Part shown: positions 28,592-39,399 of the stretch, piece by piece
Layout of the letters: each line of letters starts with the position of its first letter
Position numbering within the stretch: the stretch's first letter is position 1
Sequence record: SRR31156797_144
Length of the DNA stretch: 49,821 bases
Reading direction: 5' to 3' (one strand)
Notes under the pieces: model-generated
Told to the model about the DNA's origin: nothing
What the model saw: the letters and a program-made list of their open reading frames with translations, nothing else
Database searches by the model: none
Program-made: the position numbers and the translations under genes

Positions 28592-29638
28592 TTATTGGTA
28601 TTTATAATGAACTTTTGATAATTCTTTTAATCTTTTAACAGCTCCTTCCGCTGTAATATCCCGTTGTGGAGTCCCCAGCATTTCGTATCCAACCATAAAC
28701 TTTTTAACGCTAGCCGAGCGCAATAATGGTGGATAGAAATGCATGTGTAAATGCCACTCGGGATGCTCCTCTCCATCGGTTGGAGCTTGATGCAATCCTG
28801 CCGAATATGCAAATGAAATCTCAAAAAGATTATCATACATCACGGTTAATTTCTTATAAATATCTGCCAAATCTGTTCTTTCCTCACTTGTCAACATCAA
28901 TAGATTTGAAACTGCTCTTTTGCTAATAATCATTGTTTCAAAAGGCCAAACAGCCCAAAACGGAACTAAAGCTACAAAAGAATCATTTTCAACCAAAATT
29001 CTTTCGTCTTTCTCAAGTTCAGTTTTTAAATAATCAGTTAACATGGTATTTCCATGTTTTTCGAAATACTCCTTTTGTGTATCTGTTTCTTTGGATGTTT
29101 CTAATGGAACCAATCCTGAAGCCCAAATTTGACCGTGTGGATGTGGATTTGAACAGCCCATAATGGAACCTTTGTTCTCAAAAATCTGCACATAGCCTAT
29201 TTCCTTTCTATCTCCTAATTCCTTGTATTCCTTACACCACAAATCAACAACCTTACGAATATTCTCCACGCTCATCTCTGGAACAGTAAGACTATGATCA
29301 GGACTATAGCAGATTACTTTACAAACTCCTGATTCACTTTCCGCTCTAAATAGATCACCATCCGAAAATTCTCCTTTTGGGGTATCCTGTAAAAGGGCAC
29401 TGAAATCGTTTTGAAATGCGTAAACATCATCGTAATTTGGGTTCTTTTCTCCTCCTATTCGCTCATTTCCCGGACATAAATAACATTCGGGATCATGAGA
29501 AGGTCTTTTCTCTTCTACAATTTTTTCTACTTGTCCTTGCCATGGTCTTTTAGATCTGTGCGGCGACACTAAAACCCACTCTCCAGTTAATGGGTTATAT
29601 CTGCGATGTGGGTTTTCTATATAATCAAACTTATCCAT
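28592..29638 (-). CDS. galT: UDP-glucose--hexose-1-phosphate uridylyltransferase
   Basis: [54 protein letters not shown]. Confidence 0.98.
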   Translation of the reverse strand: MDKFDYIENPHRRYNPLTGEWVLVSPHRSKRPWQGQVEKIVEEKRPSHDPECYLCPGNERIGGEKNPNYDDVYAFQNDFSALLQDTPKGEFSDGDLFRAESESGVCKVICYSPDHSLTVPEMSVENIRKVVDLWCKEYKELGDRKEIGYVQIFENKGSIMGCSNPHPHGQIWASGLVPLETSKETDTQKEYFEKHGNTMLTDYLKTELEKDERILVENDSFVALVPFWAVWPFETMIISKRAVSNLLMLTSEERTDLADIYKKLTVMYDNLFEISFAYSAGLHQAPTDGEEHPEWHLHMHFYPPLLRSASVKKFMVGYEMLGTPQRDITAEGAVKRLKELSKVHYKYQ

Positions 29639-29655
29639 AAAAGTCTTCTCTTTAC

Positions 29656-30819
29656 CTATTCAATTCTTTTTCCTCCGTCGCCAATCTCAGCAACATAAAA
29701 TTCTCCTATAATACCTGTCTTCTCGGTATATTCCTTACCTACCTGTTCGATAAACTGTTCTATAAACTCATCTTTCACAAGGCTTACAGTAGATCCACCA
29801 AATCCCCCACCTGTCATTCTTGAACCGATAGTTCCCTCAATCTTTCTCGCAGCCTCAACCATACTGTCTAACTCAAAACCTGTCACTTCGTAATCATCAC
29901 GCAAAGAATCATGAGATTCGTTCATTAAATGTCCAAACTCTTCCAATTTTCCTTGCTTTAAATTTTCAACAGCTTTCATCGTACGCTCTATTTCCGTAAC
30001 AACATGACGAGCTCTTTTCCTAACAGTTTCACTTACAATTCTATCAGAAAATAAATTGAATTCGGCTGGGTTTAATTCTCCCAATAATGCAATCTTTTTG
30101 GAGGGCTTAATTGCTTCAACTGCAACCCGACATTCCTCAACTCGTTCATTGTATTTTCCTTCATCTAAACTGTGTGGGCTATTGGTATTCCCAATCACAA
30201 TTTTTATTCCTTCCAATTTTATTGGCACCAATTCATATTCCAAATTATTACAATTCAAATATATTGCATGATCCTTTTTTCCAATTCCTGAAGCAAACTG
30301 ATCCATAATACCACACATAACTCCAGCATATTCATGCTCAGCTTTTTGGCTATAACGTACAATATCAATTTGAGTTTTTCCAAAATTATATTCCTGATTC
30401 ATCGCCACTCCCATAGCAACTTCAAGTGATGCAGAAGAGGATAATCCTGCCCCATTAGGCACATTCCCCCAAAATAAAATATCCGCTCCACTTTTTAGAT
30501 CTCCATCATTCCTAACAAACTGAGCTATAACACCTATAACGTAATTCACCCAATTGCCTTTTGGAAAAGCTTTTGTTACCGAATCTAAATTTATTTTATA
30601 AGTCTTACCTTGATTCAATGAACGAAATTGAAAATAATCATTTGGAGTTTTTCTGATCAGACAATAAGTCCCAAAAGATAGTGCGCAAGGAAATACATAA
30701 CCACCATTATAATCGGTATGTTCTCCTATTAAATTAACCCTACCAGGAGAAAAATATACATGACAATCCCCTTCATCATAAAACTTATTAAACTCTACTT
30801 TCAATTGATCAACATTCAT
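29656..30819 (-). CDS. galK: Galactokinase
   Basis: [45 protein letters not shown]. Confidence 0.97.
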   Translation of the reverse strand: MNVDQLKVEFNKFYDEGDCHVYFSPGRVNLIGEHTDYNGGYVFPCALSFGTYCLIRKTPNDYFQFRSLNQGKTYKINLDSVTKAFPKGNWVNYVIGVIAQFVRNDGDLKSGADILFWGNVPNGAGLSSSASLEVAMGVAMNQEYNFGKTQIDIVRYSQKAEHEYAGVMCGIMDQFASGIGKKDHAIYLNCNNLEYELVPIKLEGIKIVIGNTNSPHSLDEGKYNERVEECRVAVEAIKPSKKIALLGELNPAEFNLFSDRIVSETVRKRARHVVTEIERTMKAVENLKQGKLEEFGHLMNESHDSLRDDYEVTGFELDSMVEAARKIEGTIGSRMTGGGFGGSTVSLVKDEFIEQFIEQVGKEYTEKTGIIGEFYVAEIGDGGKRIE

Positions 30820-30833
30820 ATTTCTTCTAATCT

Positions 30834-30861
30834 TACTGGTTGGTACTGGTCGGTAAAGTTA
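30834..30861 (-). promoter_or_regulatory. galK promoter -7 element (TAACTTTA, 30854-30861) followed by a tandem 10-bp repeat, candidate operator
   Basis: Minus strand TACCGACCAG-TACCAACCAG-TA directly downstream of the -7-like element. Confidence 0.6.
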
Positions 30862-30923
30862 TTTGCTTTTATTTAATTTACAAACAAAAGATTGTATTTA
30901 ATTCTCTTTTAAGCTGATCATCT

Positions 30924-31937
30924 TTAAAGTGAGTTTCTTCTTATTAATTGTGATTTATTCTCAATTAAACCAGATTTGGAATGCAATATCATATCTGCTA
31001 ATATTTGCCCCATTTGTTTAAAATCGGTACTTATAGTAGTTATACCATCCGCAACAACTTCTTTTAAAGGAGTATCATTATATGAGATTATACCAAAATC
31101 TTTTCCTATCGATAGATTTTCCTTTTTAGCATCTTTTACCAAGCTAACTAAATCCATATCGCTAGGAACAATATATGCCTCGTGTTTTTTAATTGATCTG
31201 CCTTCTAATTTTTCAATTACTTCGAACTCCCATTGCTCTTTATGGCTGCTTGCAAATTTCTTAAACCCTTTCATCTGACCAACAGGTTCTTTTCCTCCAG
31301 GATAAACAAAGAATACTTTCTTATATTTTTTGAGTAAATCAATTCCAGATTCTAATGCAGAATAAACATCTTTTTCGAAATTCTGATAAATTGCTGGATA
31401 GTATTTCTTTAATGTAGGATTAGTTTGATCAAGTATGTACACTTTATCTTGTGGTAAATTTTTAAGAACGCTATATGCATCGTTAAACTTTGCAGGCATA
31501 ATTATATAAGATGTATATTTACCATTATTATTATCAATCAACTCTTTAAACACAGTACGATTAAAATGATGGAAATAAATATCCACCATAGCATCACCTT
31601 TTAGGTGCTCAATAAATGAATTATATAATATCTCTTTGAAAACATTAAACTCTTCAAATAACAAAAATATTTTGTGTTTGAATTGTGTTGCTGTACTTTC
31701 TAAGTAATAACCTTTTCCTGGAACCGATGAGACAATTCCCTTTGCTTTTAATTCGTTAAAAGCTACTAAAACAGTATCGCGGGATAAACTAAACTCTTTA
31801 CAAATCGAGTTAATTGAAGGCAAACGGTCACCAATTGATATTTCACCTTTCTCAATAGATTGGAATAAAGAATTTATAAGCTGTTTGTATTTTGGAGTGC
31901 CTGATTCTTCAGATACTTTAAAAACTTTAGAGGGCAT
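30924..31937 (-). CDS. GntR-family regulator with C-terminal periplasmic-binding-protein-like (LacI-type) sensor domain
   Basis: PKYKQL, GDRLPSIN, SRDTV..AF.EL, PGKGYY (GntR wHTH); GIISYND, ITTISTDF..MG, LIRRNSL. -7 element TATATTTG at 31971-31978 (-). Confidence 0.9.
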   Translation of the reverse strand: MPSKVFKVSEESGTPKYKQLINSLFQSIEKGEISIGDRLPSINSICKEFSLSRDTVLVAFNELKAKGIVSSVPGKGYYLESTATQFKHKIFLLFEEFNVFKEILYNSFIEHLKGDAMVDIYFHHFNRTVFKELIDNNNGKYTSYIIMPAKFNDAYSVLKNLPQDKVYILDQTNPTLKKYYPAIYQNFEKDVYSALESGIDLLKKYKKVFFVYPGGKEPVGQMKGFKKFASSHKEQWEFEVIEKLEGRSIKKHEAYIVPSDMDLVSLVKDAKKENLSIGKDFGIISYNDTPLKEVVADGITTISTDFKQMGQILADMILHSKSGLIENKSQLIRRNSL

Positions 31938-32046
31938 ATTATTTGTATTTTAATGTATATGTAGTAAATACAAATATAATACATTCCAACTGATACGAAC
32001 CTGTTGGTATTCAAATATTATTAATTTTATCAGATTTTAATTTTCG

Positions 32047-32943
32047 TTAAATAGGCATCCTAGATTGAATAGTATCTCTTAAGTCGTTTAGATTAATATT
32101 AAAATTTTCCAAATAAAAATCTTTAACCATTAGTAATTTCTGGCGTATCAACTCTCTTCCATTATTTATATCAGTACAAAAAACTTCATCTGCAAAAATA
32201 GAACAGTCTGAATCTATTAGATACAATGAATTAAATGTTTCCTCATCCTGAACTAAAAAACGGGATACTAATTCTGAAAAATCCTCATATTCGTTACTTG
32301 TACCGTATGCGGATACCATTCCTCTTATTATAGCATCAGAAAGTGAAACGCCATTATTCCACCCTTGCCCTAAATACCCATTGCTCGAAATTGTATTAAA
32401 TCCAGAAGGTATTCCATGATTTTGATGTACAATATGGTTAAATTCATGATGCATGGTTATTAATTGCTCTTCGATCCACATTCTATCTGACATATCCAGT
32501 GCATTAAGATTTAAAAGGCTCACTCGTGTACCTCCATCCGCAAAACCAGCAAGGCGAGCTCCATCATCATTGTATATGTACGATCCTATATAAATAATCT
32601 CTTTTGGGATCAAACGCTTAATAAAAGCTTCGCTGTCATCCGATAAAACAATAAAAGGCTGAATCCATAAATTTTCAATCAATTGTGTAACAGGAATTAC
32701 CAGATCTTCATCAATAGCAGATGCCAATTGTCCCTTCTGTAAAAAACGATCATCCCATCTCCATCTTATTGCTGCACCATATTTATCAAGCATATTCTCT
32801 CTAATGTAAACATCATTGGGATGATCAGAAGGAGTAATTACTGATGGAGTGTAATCCACATCATCACTTGAAGTGCACGCCGAAAAAATCAGAATACCAA
32901 TCGTCATTAAGATAGATAATATTTCTTTTTTTAATTTCTTCAT
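32047..32943 (-). CDS. Substrate-import-associated zinc metallohydrolase lipoprotein (HExxH)
   Basis: Lipobox FSAC, AGFADGG, TMHHEFNHIVHQ, GMVSAYG...EDFSE. ATG at 32943 lies 1 nt after the susD stop. Confidence 0.85.
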   Translation of the reverse strand: MKKLKKEILSILMTIGILIFSACTSSDDVDYTPSVITPSDHPNDVYIRENMLDKYGAAIRWRWDDRFLQKGQLASAIDEDLVIPVTQLIENLWIQPFIVLSDDSEAFIKRLIPKEIIYIGSYIYNDDGARLAGFADGGTRVSLLNLNALDMSDRMWIEEQLITMHHEFNHIVHQNHGIPSGFNTISSNGYLGQGWNNGVSLSDAIIRGMVSAYGTSNEYEDFSELVSRFLVQDEETFNSLYLIDSDCSIFADEVFCTDINNGRELIRQKLLMVKDFYLENFNINLNDLRDTIQSRMPI

Positions 32944-32944
32944 A

Positions 32945-34375
32945 TCATCTAGGATTTGGGATAATGCCATTTGTTATAGCCTTCTGAGGTATTTGTACTG
33001 CAGTCTTATTATCATTTGCGGCTAAATGAAAACTTTCACCATTTAGGGTTGTATGTTTAACCGATAATTCAAATCTTTTAATATCAAACCATCTCAAACC
33101 TTCATCTAAAAACTCTTTTCTTCTCTCATCAATTAAGAACGAAATCATAGCCTCCTTCACATCTTCTTTCGCATAAAACTTCTTAATACTATCTAATTCA
33201 ACGGTTCCTCCATTTACGTATCTCTTTTCTGCCAATACATGATAATCATTAAGAGCCTTGGTATAATTCCCTTCCATTATCATACATTCCATTCGATTTA
33301 GAATAACCTCTTCGCCTCTTAATTCTGCTTGTATAAAATATGGATATCCAGTATTTGATGTGGTATATTGAAAGAGCTCATCATACTTTGGGGAAAATAC
33401 CGCATAAGTACCTAGATTCCAGCGCTGATCTCTATTATCTACTCCCTTTTGTAAATTATTTGAAAAGATTTCTGAAAATTTCTCTCCATCACTTCTATAT
33501 CCGTAATTTGCACGTGCATAAAATGATTCCTTCCTAATAAGCAACAGGTTACTCAATTCATCTGGAGATGAAAATTTAGATGCCATCGAACTAAATGATG
33601 TTCCTTGATAAATTTGATTTAAATCTCTTACATATGCGGGATTTGCCGAACCTGAACCTAGAATTTTATCACAATAGAATTTACATTTATCATATTCTTG
33701 TTTAAACAGATAAAATCTCGCAGTAAATGCATAAGCAGCCTCTCGTGTAAAATGATATTTTTTAGAACCTGCAAAATAGTCATCTGATAATAATTCCAAG
33801 CCTTCCTTAATATCTCTTTCAATAAGATCATAAACCTCTTGTACCGATAGTCGAGTATATTTTTTAAACAACTCATCTTCCACCTCATCACTATATGGTA
33901 TTCCCAAGTCGTTATCTGAGGTTTTAAGATTATAATGTTTAGCAAATACATTAACCAATAGAAAATGTGAATAAGCTCTTGCAATTAAAGCTTCTCCCTT
34001 AATTGCTTTTCTCAAGTTATCATCACCTTCAATCTTATCAATAACACTTAAACCTTCATTTGTATGGGCTATTGCATAATAGGCATGTTCCCAAAAAAAA
34101 GTTGACGATTCCTGAGATTCATATGAATCTATGGGTTCCCACAGATAGGCTTCTGTCATATATTCTCTTTGCACATTATTCTCAATGGGTCCCACATTGT
34201 CAGTCATCCACTCTACAAAAAGAAAAGTTGCCTGATGATAAGCACTTGCCACTAGCTCTGCAACATCTTCTACTGTTTTTATTTCTTGTCTATCATCAGG
34301 ATTTTCATCCAGAAAGCTGTCACAGCCTACTGTAAACAAAAAACTAAAAATCAATAATAGAATAGAATATCTCAT
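32945..34375 (-). CDS. SusD/RagB family lipoprotein
   Basis: Lipobox TVGC.SFLD..PD, GEALIARAYSHFLLVNVF, LGIPY, VYDLIERDI, ERRKEF..EGLRWFDIKR, IP...I..NPR. Confidence 0.93.
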   Translation of the reverse strand: MRYSILLLIFSFLFTVGCDSFLDENPDDRQEIKTVEDVAELVASAYHQATFLFVEWMTDNVGPIENNVQREYMTEAYLWEPIDSYESQESSTFFWEHAYYAIAHTNEGLSVIDKIEGDDNLRKAIKGEALIARAYSHFLLVNVFAKHYNLKTSDNDLGIPYSDEVEDELFKKYTRLSVQEVYDLIERDIKEGLELLSDDYFAGSKKYHFTREAAYAFTARFYLFKQEYDKCKFYCDKILGSGSANPAYVRDLNQIYQGTSFSSMASKFSSPDELSNLLLIRKESFYARANYGYRSDGEKFSEIFSNNLQKGVDNRDQRWNLGTYAVFSPKYDELFQYTTSNTGYPYFIQAELRGEEVILNRMECMIMEGNYTKALNDYHVLAEKRYVNGGTVELDSIKKFYAKEDVKEAMISFLIDERRKEFLDEGLRWFDIKRFELSVKHTTLNGESFHLAANDNKTAVQIPQKAITNGIIPNPR

Positions 34376-34385
34376 ATCAGATAAT

Positions 34386-37300
34386 TTAGAAATTCAAATT
34401 TACTGAAAAAGTATAAGTACGAGCCATTGGCAATGAAATTCCTCCTGACTGAAAATATTCAGGATCAATACCATTCAATTTGCTATCAGAATATAGTAAT
34501 GCTAAATTATAAGCCTGAAACTTAACATTTGCTGAGTTAATAAATGTGTTTCTAAGCCACTGCTGAGGAAGTCTGTAGTCAACATTTACATTTTTCAGAC
34601 GAATAAATCCACCATCAGCAACTCTCTCATCACTCTTGTTATACAATTGATATGGGTTCAAGCCAGCATCATTTAATTGGTCAGATAATTGTCTGCTCAG
34701 AATAGCTGGAATATTTGTTATGGTCTCATCTCCTGAATTTTTCCATCTATTCCTTAATCCTGCTGGTAAACTTGAGTGATCATTATATCTGCTACTATAA
34801 GCATCCTCTAATCTAATTTTATTTCCGTAGCGATAATGAATTCCTATTGACAAGGAGAGGTTTCCATAATTAAAAGTGTTTCTTAAACCTCCAAAACCCC
34901 TTGGAGATGTAGGACCTTCGTATTTAATGTATTTTAATATATCCAATCTTTTCTGAAGGTTTATTTTTTGAATTAATTCACCATTAGATCCATAAAACTG
35001 CGGAATTCCATTACCATCAAGCCCAGCAAAAGGAATTGAAAACAAACTCCCTGTAGAATATCCTTTTAGGTTAGTTCCTAAAGCTTGAACTGCATCGGCA
35101 ATTCTAGGTTCATCAGCATACTTTGTAATTTTATCTTTATTGTAACTAAACGTAAAGTTTGTATGCCAGGAAAACTTGCCAGCATTAATATTTACAGAAT
35201 TTAAAGTTGCTTCAAAACCATTTATTCTCATTTCTCCAATATTGCCATATTTCTGACTTATTCCTCCAACACCACTAGTAGTAACAAAGCCCAAAAGATC
35301 CTTAGAGTATCTTCTATAATATTCAAAATCAGCAAATAATCTATTATCAAACAAGCCTAATTCTAATCCTAAGTTAAGTTCGTATAACTTTTCCCATGTA
35401 AGATCGTTATTAGCTAAACTCTCAATGTAAAGTACTGTTTCGCGATCATCAGCTGTAGGTCTTGGCGGTTCAATTCCTCTTAAAACCATAGCAGTACTTG
35501 CTCCGGCACCATTATCACCCGATAATCCGTAGGTAGCTTTAATTTTTAGTAAATCAATAAATTGAAACTTTTCCATAAATTTTTCGCCATGTAGATTCCA
35601 GGCGGCGCTAACATTCCAGGTAGGCAAGTATCTGGATTTTACCAATTTGCCCTGTCGATTATCGCCATCATAACGAAATGTAGTATTCAGAATGTATTTT
35701 CCTTTATACGAATATGCACCACTAATAAAAGCTCCAAAAAATCTATATCTATTATCCGTTTTATAAAAATAATTCAAATTTCTAGACTCTAAATAACGTA
35801 AAAAATTAGGGTCACTAACAACTATACCTCCCTTTTCATATAGATATCCCCATCCTTCGTTATAATTTTCCGATCGATCTGTATATCTAACCTCCTGCCC
35901 TACCAAAAGATTGATTATGTGCTGATTACAAACAGGATTCAATTCTATGATGTTTCTCATAAAATAGCTAGTCAAACTATTTTTAGTAGAATTAAAGAAT
36001 CCACCTTGTGGTAATACTGTATAAGGGTCTTTTTCGGGTGATTTTGGGTCGTCAAACAGATATACATTATTATTTACAAAAAGAGGATTATCGGCACGAT
36101 AAGCTTCAGCTTGATTAGATGTTTCATGTATTTTTTGTTCTCTTAAAGTGTTCACCCATCTCCCTTGAAACTTTGAAGTAATTTTTAGTTCTGAAGTTAT
36201 ATCATATTTTAAATCTCCCTGAAACAAAAGATCTTTAACATCAACGTTTACATAGTTATGATTTAACTCGTATAAAATATTAAATGGTGCATAATCGCTT
36301 CTGAAATATTCTAAGCTTCCATCATTGTTATAAGGGCGAATACTCCTACTTGTATAAATCGCATAATTGAAAGGGTTGATATCAAAATTACGTTCATAAA
36401 TCCCAGTGATTGGTTCAAATTTTCTATCCTTAGAGCCTGGTAATCTTTGATCTCTAATATTTCCGGACAATTGAAAACCCAACTTAAATCTTTCTGACAA
36501 ATCAAACTCACCTTTTAGTGATGCAGTGTAATTCTTTACATTATCCGAAACGGTTTGACCATTATCATTATAGAAACCTATTGAAGTATAAAACCGTGAA
36601 TAATCTGATCCACTGGTGATACTCAACGAATGCTGCTGAGATATGGAATTTCGAAACAAAACATCAAACCAATCTGTATTAGAATTTGCATATTTAGAAA
36701 GGTATTCATAATTCAAGCTTCCATCTGTCCCCCAAGTCAATTCATTATTCGAAATTAAATAAAACATTTTACTCAATGCACCATGATGCGAAGCACTTGC
36801 CGCAGTTGAAATATCAATCCAATCTTTTTCATACAACTCTTCATAAACACGCATTTCCTCATCCGATTTAAGAATATCAAATTGAGAATAGCTCGGTTTT
36901 TTCTTAATACTTAAACTACCAAAATAAGAAATTCTAGGCTTACCTATTTTTCCTTTTTTTGTAGTAATAACAACAACTCCATTCATTGCTCTGGCTCCAT
37001 AAAGCGCGGTAGCCGAGGCATCTTTTAGTATTTGATAAGATTCGATATCATTAGGATTTAACCCAGCTAAACCTGAACTTAAAACTGTGGAAAGATTTCC
37101 TGAAGTAAGAGCATCATTAGTTAGCTCTACAATGTCTTCAAGAACTACTCCATCAACAACCCAAAGAGGTTTATTACTTCCATTTACAGACGCACTTCCT
37201 CTAATTCGAACTACTGGAGCTGTTCCAAAAGTTCCAGATATATTATCTATCTGAACACCTGCAACCTGAGCCTGTAAATATCGACTGACATTAGGCAGAC

Positions 37301-38003
37301 CTTTTAGTTCTATATTTTTATGAATGAGTTTAGAAGCTGAACCTGTAAACAATCTTCTGTCAATTTTCTGAAAACCTGTTGTTACAACAACTTCCTGTAG
37401 TTTTTCATCAGAAAGTTCCAGAACCACATTTAAATTTTGTTTTTTATCAGCACAGACTTCTTTGGTTTTCATTCCAATAAATGAAAACACCAAATATACA
37501 TTCGAAGTATCCTGATAGCTTATAAAATAGTTGCCATTAATATCTGAAGATGTGCCAAAATTTGTTCCTTTAACAAGAACAGAAACTCCAGGCAAGCCAA
37601 CACCATTGCTATCAGTAATGTTACCTTTAAGGTTTTTAAAATTTTGAATGGAACTTAAATCGGATTTAGATAGATTTTGGACAGGCTTAATAATAATAAG
37701 ATGCCCTCTTATTTCATAAGTTAACTTACTAACTATAAGGCACTCATTTAAAATATCCTTAATACTTTTAGGAGCTCCATTAAGATATAAACCCTTAATG
37801 TTTTTTATATCATCAACATTGTAAAGAAAAGTATAATTAGTTTTCTTTTTTATCTCAGTTAACACCTCAATCAATGTTGCCCCTTGTATATTTAACTCCA
37901 GCTTCTCTTCCTGCGGCAGGGCTTTTAAATCCTGATTGACAAAACACAATAACAGGGAAAAAAATAAGAGTTTATTTGCAAAAAACTCTTTTCTTTTGGG
38001 CAT
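34386..38003 (-). CDS. SusC/RagA TonB-dependent transporter with N-terminal STN signalling domain
   Basis: STN-like N-domain, LPGVSVLVKGT, LQEVVVTTG, IRGSAS, PLWVVDGV, LNPNDIES..ILKDASATALYGARAMNGVVVITTKKG, LTWEK, C-terminal F. Confidence 0.95.
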   Translation of the reverse strand: MPKRKEFFANKLLFFSLLLCFVNQDLKALPQEEKLELNIQGATLIEVLTEIKKKTNYTFLYNVDDIKNIKGLYLNGAPKSIKDILNECLIVSKLTYEIRGHLIIIKPVQNLSKSDLSSIQNFKNLKGNITDSNGVGLPGVSVLVKGTNFGTSSDINGNYFISYQDTSNVYLVFSFIGMKTKEVCADKKQNLNVVLELSDEKLQEVVVTTGFQKIDRRLFTGSASKLIHKNIELKGLPNVSRYLQAQVAGVQIDNISGTFGTAPVVRIRGSASVNGSNKPLWVVDGVVLEDIVELTNDALTSGNLSTVLSSGLAGLNPNDIESYQILKDASATALYGARAMNGVVVITTKKGKIGKPRISYFGSLSIKKKPSYSQFDILKSDEEMRVYEELYEKDWIDISTAASASHHGALSKMFYLISNNELTWGTDGSLNYEYLSKYANSNTDWFDVLFRNSISQQHSLSITSGSDYSRFYTSIGFYNDNGQTVSDNVKNYTASLKGEFDLSERFKLGFQLSGNIRDQRLPGSKDRKFEPITGIYERNFDINPFNYAIYTSRSIRPYNNDGSLEYFRSDYAPFNILYELNHNYVNVDVKDLLFQGDLKYDITSELKITSKFQGRWVNTLREQKIHETSNQAEAYRADNPLFVNNNVYLFDDPKSPEKDPYTVLPQGGFFNSTKNSLTSYFMRNIIELNPVCNQHIINLLVGQEVRYTDRSENYNEGWGYLYEKGGIVVSDPNFLRYLESRNLNYFYKTDNRYRFFGAFISGAYSYKGKYILNTTFRYDGDNRQGKLVKSRYLPTWNVSAAWNLHGEKFMEKFQFIDLLKIKATYGLSGDNGAGASTAMVLRGIEPPRPTADDRETVLYIESLANNDLTWEKLYELNLGLELGLFDNRLFADFEYYRRYSKDLLGFVTTSGVGGISQKYGNIGEMRINGFEATLNSVNINAGKFSWHTNFTFSYNKDKITKYADEPRIADAVQALGTNLKGYSTGSLFSIPFAGLDGNGIPQFYGSNGELIQKINLQKRLDILKYIKYEGPTSPRGFGGLRNTFNYGNLSLSIGIHYRYGNKIRLEDAYSSRYNDHSSLPAGLRNRWKNSGDETITNIPAILSRQLSDQLNDAGLNPYQLYNKSDERVADGGFIRLKNVNVDYRLPQQWLRNTFINSANVKFQAYNLALLYSDSKLNGIDPEYFQSGGISLPMARTYTFSVNLNF

Positions 38004-38029
38004 AAAAGACTATTTCCGATTTTTTTTCA

Positions 38030-38128
38030 TAATTTTGGGTGTGATTTGGTTAGTATTTCATTTTTGTAACGACGAAAATGTGTATTGGCTTTGACCGGGG
38101 TTTGTGGCAGCAAATCCCGGTTTTTTTT
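38030..38128 (+). ncRNA. Candidate cis-antisense sRNA of the susC leader (coordinates include the promoter at 38030-38037; RNA about 38043-38128)
   Basis: TAATTTTG -7 element on +, hairpin 38059-38080, terminator hairpin 38094-38121 plus T-run. Both stems need G.U pairs available only on +. Confidence 0.6.
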
Positions 38129-39308
38129 ATATTTTATCAACTATTAAGTCTCTATTCTCAATGGTAAATTTTACTTTCTGTGTTAATTCTATTAACTCCA
38201 ATATTTCATTAAGATCCTGATATCTATCCAAATCTCCCGTAAATCTTAACGATTTAAGAGATTCATCTGTAAACTTAACATCTACATCATACCATCTCGA
38301 TAATCTTGTCATTATACTATCAAGAGGTTCATTGTCAAATACAAACTTTCCATTCACCCAAGCTGTGTACACTTGAGCATTTACCATTTTCTTTTCAAAT
38401 GTTCCTTTAGAATTGCTCAAAAGAATTTGCTCATTTGGTAAAAGTTGTTGCTTAATGCCTAAAGATTCATTGCTTACTTCAACTTTTCCCTCTACTAAAG
38501 TAGTAACAAAATCACCTACATCTGTATAGGCATTTACATTAAATGAAGTTCCAAGAACTTTTACTTGAGCACCATTAACATCAACAACAAATGGATGACT
38601 CAAATTCTTAGCTACTTGAAAATAACCTTCTCCTTCTAACTCAACATTTCTTATTTTTGCTCCAAACTTGGCTGGATATCTTAATTTGGAATTCGCATTT
38701 AACCAAACCTGTGTTCCATCCGTTAGTGTTAACTTATATTCTCCTCCTTTAGGAATAATAATCGTATTATAAGTCAGTTCTCCATCTGTTTTATAAGCTG
38801 TTGAACATTCATATACCAAACCAGATTGGGTGTTAGATATTTCAACACCACTTTCTTTAAGCAATATTTCCTTGTTAAGTTGATATTCCTTACCATTTCC
38901 TAAGATAAGTATCGCCTGATATTTACCAGGAATTACACTATTTGGAGTATTTAGTAAACTTTCCTCTTTTAAATGAGAGAAGAAAAATGTGGTTCCCAAT
39001 GCTAATATCAATACAGCAGCAATAGCAGCTAAGTTAATATGTAGTTTTCTGGTTTTTCTCTTATTTATCTTAGATTGAATTTTATCCCAAACATCCTCTT
39101 TATTCGCATCTTCTAATTTTGATTTACGAATAGAAAATTGCTTTTCTGGATTTTTAGAAAATTCATAAAAAAGATTCTCATTCTCCACATTCTCTTTCTT
39201 CCATTCCTCCAGATATAGTTCCTCCTCTTTCGTTAAAAAACCTTCAAGTCTTTTAACGATTAATTCAGCCATTTTAAACCCCGAATGCAAATCTTTCTTC
39301 ATATTCAT
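38127..39308 (-). CDS. FecR-family anti-sigma factor
   Basis: N-terminal L..W helix, TM segment (AAIAAVLILALG), PKGGEYKLTLTDGTQVWLNANSKL.YP, LEGEGYF.V, VLGTSFNV, L.RWYDV. Confidence 0.94.
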   Translation of the reverse strand: MNMKKDLHSGFKMAELIVKRLEGFLTKEEELYLEEWKKENVENENLFYEFSKNPEKQFSIRKSKLEDANKEDVWDKIQSKINKRKTRKLHINLAAIAAVLILALGTTFFFSHLKEESLLNTPNSVIPGKYQAILILGNGKEYQLNKEILLKESGVEISNTQSGLVYECSTAYKTDGELTYNTIIIPKGGEYKLTLTDGTQVWLNANSKLRYPAKFGAKIRNVELEGEGYFQVAKNLSHPFVVDVNGAQVKVLGTSFNVNAYTDVGDFVTTLVEGKVEVSNESLGIKQQLLPNEQILLSNSKGTFEKKMVNAQVYTAWVNGKFVFDNEPLDSIMTRLSRWYDVDVKFTDESLKSLRFTGDLDRYQDLNEILELIELTQKVKFTIENRDLIVDKI

Positions 39309-39399
39309 CTTCTACTTAGACATTACAATAACAGTTCAAATTAATAAATGGGTGACAAGAAATAATAAATTTTATTATCTAATAGTGATAATTATCTAT

